From the NCBI GenBank assembly GCA_030550455.1, contig JAUQPH010000002.1:100950-164949 (forward strand): DNA of 64,000 nucleotides, read 5' to 3'. Positions 10,112-19,022 of this stretch are shown here, one piece after another. Every line of letters starts with the position of its first letter. Position 1 is the first letter of the stretch. Under the pieces are notes generated by a model. That model saw nothing but the letters and a program-made list of their open reading frames with translations, did no database searches and was not told where the DNA came from. A program made the position numbers and the translations under genes. Source of the DNA: Thermoproteota archaeon. GTDB lineage: Archaea > Thermoproteota > Thermoprotei_A > Sulfolobales > NBVN01.

Positions 10112-10153
10112 GCTTTACAAGGCTTATTGGCTGATAGCTCTCATGGGAACTGG

Positions 10154-10227
10154 AGCCGCCGGCGGGATTTGAACCCGCGACCACCGGCTTACGAGGCCGG
10201 CGCTCTACCGCGCTGAGCTACGGCGGC
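10154..10227 (-). tRNA. tRNA-Thr (anticodon CGU); CCA encoded (extends to 10151)
   Basis: The reverse complement folds as acceptor GCCGCCG/CGGCGGC, anticodon arm CCGGC-CTCGTAA-GCCGG, T arm GCGGG-TTCAAAT-CCCGC. It is nearly identical to tRNA-Thr(UGU) apart from the D loop and anticodon. Confidence 0.9.
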
Positions 10228-10251
10228 TCCATAGGTGTTGTAGTGGATGTT

Positions 10252-10259
10252 CTTATAAG
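10252..10259 (-). promoter_or_regulatory. TATA-like box CTTATAAG about 28 nt upstream of tRNA-Thr(CGU)
   Basis: Same palindromic octamer as at 1484 and 18879, at the spacing expected for an archaeal TATA box. Confidence 0.45.
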
Positions 10260-10325
10260 TTTCGTATATCTGCTTTTACTAAAAAGATAAAGTTTTTGAG
10301 CCCCACACAAAGAACATATTAGCTT

Positions 10326-10958
10326 GTGGGGTTGGTTAGTTATTGGTGGCGAGGTATAGAGCAAGGCAGTATAGTGAGTATAATCGAGAAGTTGTGGGGT
10401 CTGCGAGAGAGTTTGGTGGAGTTTAAAGAGGTAGGACCAGGGTCTCCTCATGGTCTTTACATATACGATAAAGAGAAGGACGTGTGGGTCCTATTTTCGT
10501 CTAAGGATAGCGACGTGTTTCTACCTAAGGTGGATGGTTACTATATCATATACTTCGATAACTCGCGCTGTTCGGCTTGCAGGAAGTACGATCTCCACTG
10601 GTTTCCATACATTAGGCAGAACTCTCAAAAGCTTCCAGACCATTACTTCATTATAGTGTTGTGTGACTGGTTCGCTAGAGAGTGTAAGTCCCCGGTAGCT
10701 AGTAACACCTTTACCTACTACGCTGTTCACGCATCACCTACTACAGTCCTTTTATATGTTAAGAACGGTAAAGAGGTATACAGAGAAACATACGACGGCT
10801 ACCTCAAAATAGATGAGCTCGAGAAAGTAGTCGGCGGCTTTAAGTCCCGAGTTGAGGCGTACGAGAAAGGAATGAAAGTCAGCAAGCCTATAGAGGAAGG
10901 ACAGGACATTATTAAGCTACTTAAGCAGCTTCTCTCTGGTGTTCGAGAAGATGTTTAA
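10326..10958 (+). CDS. hypothetical protein with CxxC motif (possible thioredoxin-like fold)
   Basis: 210-aa ORF with FDNSRCSACRKY (CSAC). The N-terminal 30-40 codons overlap the tRNA promoter region, so the true start is probably downstream. It overlaps the sufS start by 20 nt. Confidence 0.4.
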   Translation: MGLVSYWWRGIEQGSIVSIIEKLWGLRESLVEFKEVGPGSPHGLYIYDKEKDVWVLFSSKDSDVFLPKVDGYYIIYFDNSRCSACRKYDLHWFPYIRQNSQKLPDHYFIIVLCDWFARECKSPVASNTFTYYAVHASPTTVLLYVKNGKEVYRETYDGYLKIDELEKVVGGFKSRVEAYEKGMKVSKPIEEGQDIIKLLKQLLSGVREDV

Positions 10959-12231
10959 CCCATATGAAATTAGAAAAGATTTTCCTATACTGAATAGAAC
11001 GATTAGAGGCAGGAGACTGATCTACTTAGACAACGCAGCAACTTCTCAGAAGCCTAAGCAGGTAGTGGCAGCCATAGCTAAATACTATCTATGGCATAAC
11101 GCAAATGTGCACAGAGGTTTACACACACTCTCTCAAGAAGCAAGCCAGATGTATGAAGAGGCTCACGAATACGTAGCTAAGTTCATTAACGCTAGAAGCT
11201 GGGAAGAAGTGGTGTTTACATACAACGTAACAGAAGCCATAAACCTAGTTGCTTTCACTTGGGGTTTAGCGAACGTTAATCCTGGAGACGAGATAGTCGT
11301 TACGGTCATGGAACACCACTCAAACATGCTTCCCTGGAGAAAGCTAGCTAAGATTAGAGGCGCTAAGGTAGTGTACGTCGATATAACAAATGGTGGTGAG
11401 CTTGCATACGAGGAGTTTGAGAGAGTGATTAGCAAGAGGACTAAGATTGTGGCAACAACATTGATGAGTAACGTTCTTGGAACAATTACAGTAAACGTAG
11501 TAAAGAGTGTAGCTAAGCTGGCTCACGAATACGGTGCTATCGTTGTAGCAGATGGAGCGCAGTACGTACCACACGCACCTACAGATGTTCGCGACCTAGA
11601 GATAGACTTCCTAGGCTTTAGCGGTCACAAGATGTTGGGTCCTATGGGCATAGGAGTTTTGTGGGGCAAAAAGGAGATACTCGAGGAGCTTGAACCCTTT
11701 AAATCAGGGGGAGACACTATCAAGGACGTAACACTCGACGAGGTAGTCTGGCACGACCTTCCTTGGAGGTTTGAGGCTGGAACTCCGAATGTCGGTGGTG
11801 CTGTTGGGTTGAGAGCCGCCATCGAGTACCTAATGAGATTGGGGATGGACTCGGTTAGAGAGCATGAGAAAGAATTAGTAAGATACACTTTTAAGAGGTT
11901 TAACGAGGAACTCGGAGACGCAGTTGAAGTATACGGTCCTAAAGACCCTGAAGTCAGAGGAGGTGTTATATCGTTTAATGTAAAAGGACTGAGTCATCAC
12001 TCGGTCGGCATGGCTTTAGATATGTTTGGGATAGCTGTTAGAACAGGTAAACACTGCGCTCACCCCTTACACTATAGGCTAGGACTCACAGGGACTGTTA
12101 GAGCGAGCTACTACGTTTATAACGTGAAAGAAGAAGTTGATGAGCTTGTAGAGAGTCTTAAGACTATAATTGCCCTAAAGGATAAGCTTCAGTCAGGAGA
12201 AGTAGATGAAAGAGTGTGTACAGGAACCTAG
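10939..12231 (+). CDS. sufS: cysteine desulfurase, SufS/CsdA-type class V aminotransferase
   Basis: 430 aa; PLP-lysine motif FSGHKMLGPMGIGVLWG, catalytic-loop RTGKHCAHPL. Confidence 0.9.
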   Translation: MFEKMFNPYEIRKDFPILNRTIRGRRLIYLDNAATSQKPKQVVAAIAKYYLWHNANVHRGLHTLSQEASQMYEEAHEYVAKFINARSWEEVVFTYNVTEAINLVAFTWGLANVNPGDEIVVTVMEHHSNMLPWRKLAKIRGAKVVYVDITNGGELAYEEFERVISKRTKIVATTLMSNVLGTITVNVVKSVAKLAHEYGAIVVADGAQYVPHAPTDVRDLEIDFLGFSGHKMLGPMGIGVLWGKKEILEELEPFKSGGDTIKDVTLDEVVWHDLPWRFEAGTPNVGGAVGLRAAIEYLMRLGMDSVREHEKELVRYTFKRFNEELGDAVEVYGPKDPEVRGGVISFNVKGLSHHSVGMALDMFGIAVRTGKHCAHPLHYRLGLTGTVRASYYVYNVKEEVDELVESLKTIIALKDKLQSGEVDERVCTGT

Positions 12232-12847
12232 TACCCGCGCAGACATTCAGTCACGAGAAGAGATAATTAAAAAGATAGTGAAAGAGCTGTTGGAGGTTTT
12301 AGGAGAAGACCCTAGTCGAGAAGGACTCAGAGAAACACCTAACAGAGTTTCGCGAATGTGGGTTGAAGAGTTAGCGATGGGTTATTTTGTAGACCCGCTA
12401 ACATACGTTAAGACTTTCGAGGTAGAGGAATATGAGGGTCACGAAGGCTTTGTTGCTGTAACGAACATACCAACTAGGTCTATATGTGAACACCACTTAC
12501 TTCCCTTCTTCGGCTACACCCACGTAGTCTACATACCCTCGGGTAAAGTCCTTGGGTTTAGCAAGTTCGCTAGAGTAATTAAGGTCCTCTCTAGTAAGCT
12601 TCAGATACAGGAAAGACTGACGGAGCAAGTAGCAGACTTCCTTAACGAGGTCCTGAATCCAAGAGGCCTTATAGTGCTCCAAGAAGCTCTTCACACATGT
12701 GCTCTGATTAGAGGTGTTGAAGAGTCTATGACTATGACTACGATGGCTTTGAGGGGAGTGTTTAGAGAGCAGAGGGAGCTAACTAACCTAGCTCTTCAAG
12801 TAATAAATATGAGTAAGTTACAGCTCCCCAAGTTTGAAGGATTCTAG
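12206..12847 (+). CDS. folE: GTP cyclohydrolase I (FolE type)
   Basis: 213 aa; LRETPNRV, SICEHHLLPFFG, LQIQERLTEQ motifs; overlaps the sufS end by 26 nt. Confidence 0.85.
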   Translation: MKECVQEPSTRADIQSREEIIKKIVKELLEVLGEDPSREGLRETPNRVSRMWVEELAMGYFVDPLTYVKTFEVEEYEGHEGFVAVTNIPTRSICEHHLLPFFGYTHVVYIPSGKVLGFSKFARVIKVLSSKLQIQERLTEQVADFLNEVLNPRGLIVLQEALHTCALIRGVEESMTMTTMALRGVFREQRELTNLALQVINMSKLQLPKFEGF

Positions 12848-12938
12848 AGAAATCACTCTATATTTAAAACAGGTTCTTGAGTGCGTAGGTAAAGCGAAAG
12901 CTTTTTAGACGGAAGTCTCCCACGTATTAGGGATAGTA

Positions 12939-14390
12939 GTGAGGGGTCAGATAGAGTTCTTCTTCTCTCCTAGAACGGTGGTGGTAGTAGGGGCCTCGCG
13001 AAAGCCGGGTAAAGTAGGTTATGAGTTGCTTAGAAATCTGCGAGAGATGTTTCGTGGAGTTCTCTATGCTGTGAACCCTGAGGCTAGAGAAATATTGGGG
13101 GTGCCGTGCTACCCTAACCTAGCTAGCATTCCAGAAGATATCGATGTGGCTGTAGTGTCAGTACCAGCTGAAAAAGTCTTAGAAGTAGCTGAGGAGGCGG
13201 GAAAGAAGGGTGTCAAAGGTCTGATAGTCATATCTGGAGGCTTCAAGGAGGTTGGTGCTGAAGGTCTTGAAAGGGAGAAGAAGCTTATTGAGATAGTTAA
13301 AAAGTACGGAATGCGGCTTATTGGCCCGAACTGCGTTGGTGTATATGTCCCTAAGACGGGCATGAACACTCTATTTCTCTCCAAGGAGAGGCAGGGATAT
13401 CCCACACACGGGTTTATAGCTTTCGCTTCACAATCTGGCGCTTTCGGTTCTGCCGTATTAGATTGGGCAGCAATGAGGGGGATAGGAATAAGTAAGTTCG
13501 TAAGTTACGGCAATAAAGCCGACGTGGATGAAGTCGACGTTCTCCTCTACCTCAAGAACGACGAGGATACACGCGTAATTACCCTCTATATAGAAGGCAT
13601 AGAAAATGGGGCTGAATTCTTCAAGGTTCTCGGAGAGGTTACTAAGTACAAGCCTGTTGTCGTACTTAAATCAGGGAGGACTGAGGCGGGAGCAAGAGCG
13701 GCTTCATCTCATACGGGATCTTTAGCGGGCTCAGATTCTATATATGACGCGGTTTTCAAGCAATCTGGGGCAATTAGAGCATACAGTATGGAGGAACTCT
13801 TTGATCTAGCGATGGGATTAGCTATGCAGCCACCGGCAGCAGGTGAGAGAGTCGTTGTTCTAACAGTTGGTGGTGGATCTGGTGTTATGGCAACAGACGC
13901 TTTATCAGAACTAGGTCTGAAAGTTCCTAAGCTCTCTGACAGCACTGTCAGCAAGTTGAGAAAAATTCTGCTTCCGTTCGCATCACCGTATAATCCAGTC
14001 GATGTAACAGGATCTGCTGTAGATGAGCACTTAGTTGAAGCAATAGACATACTGCTGACTTCTGAAGACCAGATCGACGCAGTAATGTGGCTTCCGTACT
14101 ATATGGTCCCAGGTATAACCCCAGAGCTCAATAAAAAGTTCCTGGAGAGAGTCAAGAAGGTATTTAGAGAAACTAACCGCGTAGTTCCCATAGTTGGGGT
14201 AGCCACCGGGGGTTCCTATACGGCGATTTATGCGAAGGAAGCGGAGTCTATGGGCATACCCATGTATGTGTCTCCGGAGAGGGCTGCTAAAGTAATTAAG
14301 GCATTAGTAGACTACGGTAGGTGGTTAAAGAGAACTGGGTACTTCGATTACCACATCGAGAAGTTCCGCCGTACGTTCTTGACGCACTAG
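12939..14390 (+). CDS. ADP-forming acetyl-CoA synthetase alpha subunit / CoA-binding succinyl-CoA-ligase-like protein
   Basis: 483 aa; CoA-binding N-terminus (VVVVGASRKPGKVG), GPNCVG, SQSGAFG, phosphohistidine loop AASSHTGSLAG. Confidence 0.8.
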   Translation: MRGQIEFFFSPRTVVVVGASRKPGKVGYELLRNLREMFRGVLYAVNPEAREILGVPCYPNLASIPEDIDVAVVSVPAEKVLEVAEEAGKKGVKGLIVISGGFKEVGAEGLEREKKLIEIVKKYGMRLIGPNCVGVYVPKTGMNTLFLSKERQGYPTHGFIAFASQSGAFGSAVLDWAAMRGIGISKFVSYGNKADVDEVDVLLYLKNDEDTRVITLYIEGIENGAEFFKVLGEVTKYKPVVVLKSGRTEAGARAASSHTGSLAGSDSIYDAVFKQSGAIRAYSMEELFDLAMGLAMQPPAAGERVVVLTVGGGSGVMATDALSELGLKVPKLSDSTVSKLRKILLPFASPYNPVDVTGSAVDEHLVEAIDILLTSEDQIDAVMWLPYYMVPGITPELNKKFLERVKKVFRETNRVVPIVGVATGGSYTAIYAKEAESMGIPMYVSPERAAKVIKALVDYGRWLKRTGYFDYHIEKFRRTFLTH

Positions 14391-14442
14391 TTTCTACATT
14401 GATAAGGCGAAGCCAAGGTAAAGTCAATCCACTATCTTTACC

Positions 14443-16863
14443 CTATTTGAAGTCGAACAAGGTTTTCCCGGCTTTAGATATAGCCTCTAGCTGTTTTTCA
14501 CTAACGCCGAAGTATTCTAAAATCCGCATGGCAGCAGGTACTATCTGGTGCTTTACATAATAATCGATGTCTATATCGCTAACCTTAGCCATGAAGTACG
14601 GGGTAGCTCTCGAAGATATTGGTGTCTGACCCTTTGTTATAACATACCCTATCTTATCGCCTTTCTCTACTTTAAAACCGAGGCTCATCATTTTCTTGGC
14701 CGCAGTTACGTGAGGAGCGCTGACCTCGTATTCATCTAGAGATTTAGTCAGCGTTTTCCAAATTACTAGCTTCTCGAGGGGTATTTTCTGCTGCTTCAAC
14801 TCTAGTACTACACTTCTCACGTAATCAACAGCTTTTTTAGTGTCACCGGTCTCTAGGATGATTCTAGCTACGTTCTCCTGGACTTCCTTTGCTATTTCTG
14901 ACCAATCACCTCTCACCGCCTCAAACCCGACTATATCGATTCTTCCGTCATCTAGTATCCCTACATACCTCTTCTTGGCTTCGGTGAAGAAGACTCTTTT
15001 ATACACTTTATCTACCTTTATCTCCAGCTCTAGCAACCTCATGACTTCTTCTATAAACTTACTAACTTCAGGTCTATTTGAGATAAATAGAGAATCTGTA
15101 TCTCCATATATAACCTCGAGGCCTAAGTTTTCTGCTAGACTTATTGCCTTTTTTATTGTATCTCGCCCGATTGCCGTCACGGCCTCGGCGCCCGGCTTAA
15201 AGTACCATCGAGCACCTACCCAACCCATATAGCCGTAGGACGCGTTAGCCAGGATTTTCAAAGCTCTTTGCCTCTCGTCATAAATCATGTACTCAGGAGA
15301 ACCAGGAGGATATTTTTTCATCTCCTCTCTCGCGATTTTTCTCAACTTGAGGAGAGTTTCGAGAACGCTCTTGTAGAAGCCCGGAGGTTCCCTCCTAAAG
15401 CAGTAGTTCGTACCTGGAACCTTGTAGTGGTTCTCGCACTCGCCCTCAACATACGTGTCTGGGCCTATATTGTATTTAACCATGATGCTCGGGTACATCG
15501 AAGTAAAGTCTAGAACTGCTATGTTACTATGGACTCCCTTCTTAGGCTCCAGAACAACAGCTCCCTTGTAAGGTTCATACTCTCTCTCTAGCCTATTGGG
15601 TATTAGTTCACCCATCTTCACTGCCGACCTCATTAAGTACCACTCGAGTCGGTAACCTACAGAGGCAGCACCAACTTGGTCGAGAGGTAGACCTGTAAGC
15701 GAGGACAGTTGCATCGCGAATGGTATGAACTTTTCGGAGAGCCTTAATGTTGCTATGACGTCGTCTCTAGCGTAGTTGAGTAATAGGCTTCTCTTGCTTT
15801 TATCGTCCCAGTAGGCATGTATTTCGTGCCCAGGAATAAGAGTTCTCTCGCTCTTCTTCATAACCCCTAAGTAATCAGCTACATTATCTAGAGACTTAAT
15901 TTTGATTTCGGGGATCTCTTCAGCGAAGTTATAGATATCGACATGAAGCCTCCCGGGAATCGAGTAGTGTCCATGAACCGAAGGTCTAGGAATGCCGCCG
16001 CGAACTCTCCCTATATCTAGAGCTAGACCCAATTTACTGGCTCTTTCAACAAGATACGGTAGGTCAAACCTGTTAGAGTTATAACCAACGATGATGTCTG
16101 GGTCATAAGCGAGAACGTAGTTAATGAACTCCTTAATTAAGTCCCTATCTTGGGGCGGCGATCCCTCGGAAGCTGTGAGTAGCTTAAGATCCCCATCAGA
16201 AGTAGCTAGTGAGATCACGATCACCGGGTCGCGCAGTGGGTCTACAGCACCGCGAGGGTTGTAGACTTCTATGTCTAAAGCTAAAACCCTGAGTTTTGGA
16301 GGGACAGTCTTATCTAGAGGTCTTATCTTACCCGTAAGTTCGTATATAGAGTTAACTCTGTATCCACCAACTCCCTCTAAAGGCTCGACCTCAGCTTCAT
16401 ACCACTGGCATGGCGGTACGTCATTGTCTAGTATGTACCTCATACTAAACCTTATATCGGCCTCGACTACGTCGACGACATCTTTAAGCTTCTTAACTAG
16501 CTCTCTATAGTCCCTAACAGCTTCAGGCTTAACAGTAGTTATCTTAATTACTTTAACAGGCTTCCCATAGTACTTCTTGTAACCCACATCTGCGGAAATG
16601 ATGGGTGAATCTCCTCTAGACAAGACCTTGATCTTGTTCAAGACTCCGTACTCGTCGACTCCCTCGTTGAGGATGACGTAGAAGTAAGGTCTGAAGTTCT
16701 TATCTATAACGAGAGTCCGCCTACCATCATCAGATACTCCCCATAGGAGAATAGCAGGGACACCACCGTGGATCTCGTAACTCACATCGAGTAAGTAAAA
16801 TCTTAACTTCACTTCCAGCTCCAAGAAGCTCTGGACTAGGCAATTAATAAACATACAAAACAC
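14443..16863 (-). CDS. polB: family B DNA polymerase
   Basis: 806 aa; exonuclease motifs (LALDIEV, YNSNRFDLPYL), polymerase motifs DFTSMYPSI, KILANASYGY, YGDTDS; no intein. The exact start is uncertain. Confidence 0.95.
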   Translation of the reverse strand: MFCMFINCLVQSFLELEVKLRFYLLDVSYEIHGGVPAILLWGVSDDGRRTLVIDKNFRPYFYVILNEGVDEYGVLNKIKVLSRGDSPIISADVGYKKYYGKPVKVIKITTVKPEAVRDYRELVKKLKDVVDVVEADIRFSMRYILDNDVPPCQWYEAEVEPLEGVGGYRVNSIYELTGKIRPLDKTVPPKLRVLALDIEVYNPRGAVDPLRDPVIVISLATSDGDLKLLTASEGSPPQDRDLIKEFINYVLAYDPDIIVGYNSNRFDLPYLVERASKLGLALDIGRVRGGIPRPSVHGHYSIPGRLHVDIYNFAEEIPEIKIKSLDNVADYLGVMKKSERTLIPGHEIHAYWDDKSKRSLLLNYARDDVIATLRLSEKFIPFAMQLSSLTGLPLDQVGAASVGYRLEWYLMRSAVKMGELIPNRLEREYEPYKGAVVLEPKKGVHSNIAVLDFTSMYPSIMVKYNIGPDTYVEGECENHYKVPGTNYCFRREPPGFYKSVLETLLKLRKIAREEMKKYPPGSPEYMIYDERQRALKILANASYGYMGWVGARWYFKPGAEAVTAIGRDTIKKAISLAENLGLEVIYGDTDSLFISNRPEVSKFIEEVMRLLELEIKVDKVYKRVFFTEAKKRYVGILDDGRIDIVGFEAVRGDWSEIAKEVQENVARIILETGDTKKAVDYVRSVVLELKQQKIPLEKLVIWKTLTKSLDEYEVSAPHVTAAKKMMSLGFKVEKGDKIGYVITKGQTPISSRATPYFMAKVSDIDIDYYVKHQIVPAAMRILEYFGVSEKQLEAISKAGKTLFDFK

Positions 16864-17174
16864 ACGGTTTTAGAAAGAGGTTTTCACAACTTCTCTTATG
16901 TAACTGAGTAACTGATAGCAGTAGCAAACGAAGTTTCGAGCTAGGGGGACTACGAAGCTGGTTGTTTTAGTTGTAGAGATTTGTGAGTTCAAGTTAGTTG
17001 ATCGTCATTTAGGTGGAGGCTTCGGACATCGCAGTAGTTTCGATTGGCAGAGAAAACGGTGATTTAGACTGCTTGGGTAAATACAAATCTAGTACGAAAA
17101 TTCTGCTCTACTAGCCTACTATATAAATCAACCTACAGCAACTCAGACTTAATACTTTGTACTCAATCATGAAA

Positions 17175-17183
17175 CTATTTAAG
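17175..17183 (+). promoter_or_regulatory. TATA-like box CTATTTAAG about 30 nt upstream of tRNA-Met
   Basis: AT-rich box at archaeal TATA spacing from the tRNA 5' end. Confidence 0.4.
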
Positions 17184-17208
17184 TTTTCTCTGAACCACAC
17201 TTATGGAG

Positions 17209-17298
<90 letters not shown>

Positions 17299-17409
17299 CT
17301 CGGGATGATTAGTGACTCCAATAATGAATAGATGATGCGACTCCATCCCTGTATGACCGCCCTTAAACAGGTTAAAAATGTAACTACTCCTACCTATGTG
17401 GTGTAGGTA

Positions 17410-18507
17410 GTGAACGGAGGTAGTGAAATAGCGTCGTACCTAATAGTGTTGCTCTTTTTAGTGTCATTACTGATGAACTTCACTGATATACCGCAGAGGA
17501 TTCAGTTGCATAGGTTCTCCTCGTTTGTAAGGAGGAAGCTATATACTCTTGAGGAAATGGAGGTTGACGCTAGAAGAAAAGCGATCGCATACATGAGTAG
17601 TACCGGAATTAAGGAACCTTCAAAGGTTCTCGAAGGGTTTATGGATAACTTCTTCCTCATAAGGCCTGTAGATATGGAGCCCACAGATATAATAAAAAGG
17701 TTTAAGCACCTCATTAGAGTGCGAGAAAGTTCTGTTCGAGACTACGTGAGGAGGGTTTTAAGTGGTGCGGAGAGGAGTGTACAATACTCTGTTGAGACTG
17801 TCTTAGAGATAGTGAGTGTGATGAGACTACTAAACAAACTGATTAGGCACTATCTTGAGCTTGGACTCAAGTACAACAACTGGATCTTAGTAATGCAACT
17901 AGCTATCCAGATGCCTGAGCTTGTAGAAATAGCTAAAGCCTATAGGAACTCCTTAGACGCTTTTACTTCCGGTATACCGATAGGCGATAGTGTAGGTCCT
18001 CTAGTTGCTAAGATGTTAGTGAACTGGAAGGAACCGATTCGTGAGATATCGGAAGGAACAGACCTATACGAAACCGAAGTCGAAGGCAGAAAAGTGTACG
18101 TCATCAAGGCTTCAGGACCGGGCTCTAATGTCGGTTGGCCAGGTGAAGCCCTAGAAAAACTTGTCGAAGAGTTAGGTGGCGCTATCGACAGAATAATCAC
18201 TGTAGATGCCGCCTTAAAGCTGGAGAGCGAGGAATCAGGTGAAGTAGCTTTCGGCACAGGTGCCGCTATCGGCGACATAGGGCCGGAAAAAATAGCCATG
18301 GAGAGAATAGCCAGCAAGTACTCTATACCCCTCGATGCTGTAGTAGTTAAAATGAGTGAAGTGGAAGCGCTGAGTCCCCTCACTAAGAAAATATACGAAG
18401 GTGTTGTTAGGTCTTATGAAGTAGTTAGGAAAATCATCATTGAGAAAGTTAGAGACGGGGGAGTAGCCGTCGTCGTAGGAGTAGGAAACACTGTAGGTGT
18501 TAAGTGA
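17410..18507 (+). CDS. conserved archaeal membrane-anchored protein (DUF1512-like)
   Basis: 365 aa; single N-terminal TM helix followed by a soluble domain. The family assignment is from memory of archaeal DUF1512 proteins and is not verifiable here. Confidence 0.45.
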   Translation: MNGGSEIASYLIVLLFLVSLLMNFTDIPQRIQLHRFSSFVRRKLYTLEEMEVDARRKAIAYMSSTGIKEPSKVLEGFMDNFFLIRPVDMEPTDIIKRFKHLIRVRESSVRDYVRRVLSGAERSVQYSVETVLEIVSVMRLLNKLIRHYLELGLKYNNWILVMQLAIQMPELVEIAKAYRNSLDAFTSGIPIGDSVGPLVAKMLVNWKEPIREISEGTDLYETEVEGRKVYVIKASGPGSNVGWPGEALEKLVEELGGAIDRIITVDAALKLESEESGEVAFGTGAAIGDIGPEKIAMERIASKYSIPLDAVVVKMSEVEALSPLTKKIYEGVVRSYEVVRKIIIEKVRDGGVAVVVGVGNTVGVK

Positions 18508-18791
18508 TGCTGTTACAGCTCGACGCATTAATGACAGCACTACTAATAGCTCTATTTCTGCTTCTACTAACAACCCTACTCCCATGGCTGATTTCAGTAA
18601 CTAGCTCTAAGTCTAAAGTAGTTAAAGAAGAGTTAGTCGAGCTCGTAGGCTGCCCTAAGTGCGGCTATGAATCTTCAAGAAAGTACGAAAAGGGGGATTA
18701 CGTAGGTAAGGTAGTTGGTACTTGTCCAAAAGACAGTAATTCCCTGATAGTCAAGGCAATATACGTTGAGAAACACACCTACGCGCAATAA
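18504..18791 (+). CDS. small membrane protein with C-terminal zinc-ribbon-like motif
   Basis: 95 aa; N-terminal TM helix, then CPKCGY...GTCPKD; ATGA start/stop overlap with the upstream gene. Confidence 0.45.
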   Translation: MMLLQLDALMTALLIALFLLLLTTLLPWLISVTSSKSKVVKEELVELVGCPKCGYESSRKYEKGDYVGKVVGTCPKDSNSLIVKAIYVEKHTYAQ

Positions 18792-18795
18792 GTTA

Positions 18796-18834
18796 TGGTA
18801 GCCGGGCGGGGATTCGAACCCCGGTCACGGGGGA
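18796..18834 (-). tRNA. orphan tRNA 3' half (positions about 38-76 including CCA); candidate split-tRNA half or att-site remnant
   Basis: Minus strand reads T-CCCCC-GTGAC-CGGGG-TTCGAAT-CCCCG-CCCGGCT-A-CCA: anticodon-stem 3' strand, variable loop, perfect T arm, acceptor 3' strand. No matching 5' acceptor strand (AGCCGGG) or D arm lies upstream. Confidence 0.6.
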
Positions 18835-18878
18835 TCTCCCGCTCGGCCGCCAACCCCCTAATAGACCGTGCTAACTCG

Positions 18879-18886
18879 CTTATAAG
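18879..18886 (-). promoter_or_regulatory. TATA-like box CTTATAAG upstream of the orphan tRNA half
   Basis: Same octamer as upstream of both tRNA-Thr genes. It lies about 48 nt upstream of the exon start, leaving a GC-rich leader of about 20-25 nt (GGGGGTTGGCGGCCGAGCGGGAGA). Confidence 0.4.
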
Positions 18887-19022
18887 TTTTGATATTGAAG
18901 CGTTTTCCACATCTATACATGCGCTAGCCATGACTGTAGGTCCGAAACCTGTGAAGTGGGAGAAGAGTTGAACTAAGCCAACACATTAAGCAACCAAGAG
19001 AAGAAAGAGAGGAAGTTAGCCC

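Noticed and set aside
18834-18900. Attempt to fold 18796-18900(-) as a complete intron-containing tRNA, using the upstream GGGGG as the anticodon-stem 5' strand
   Set aside because: The upstream sequence AGCGAGTTAGCACGGTCTATTA cannot pair with the acceptor 3' strand CCCGGCT (3 of 7 mismatches) and is too short to form a D arm. Position 33 would not be U. It is kept only as a 3' half.
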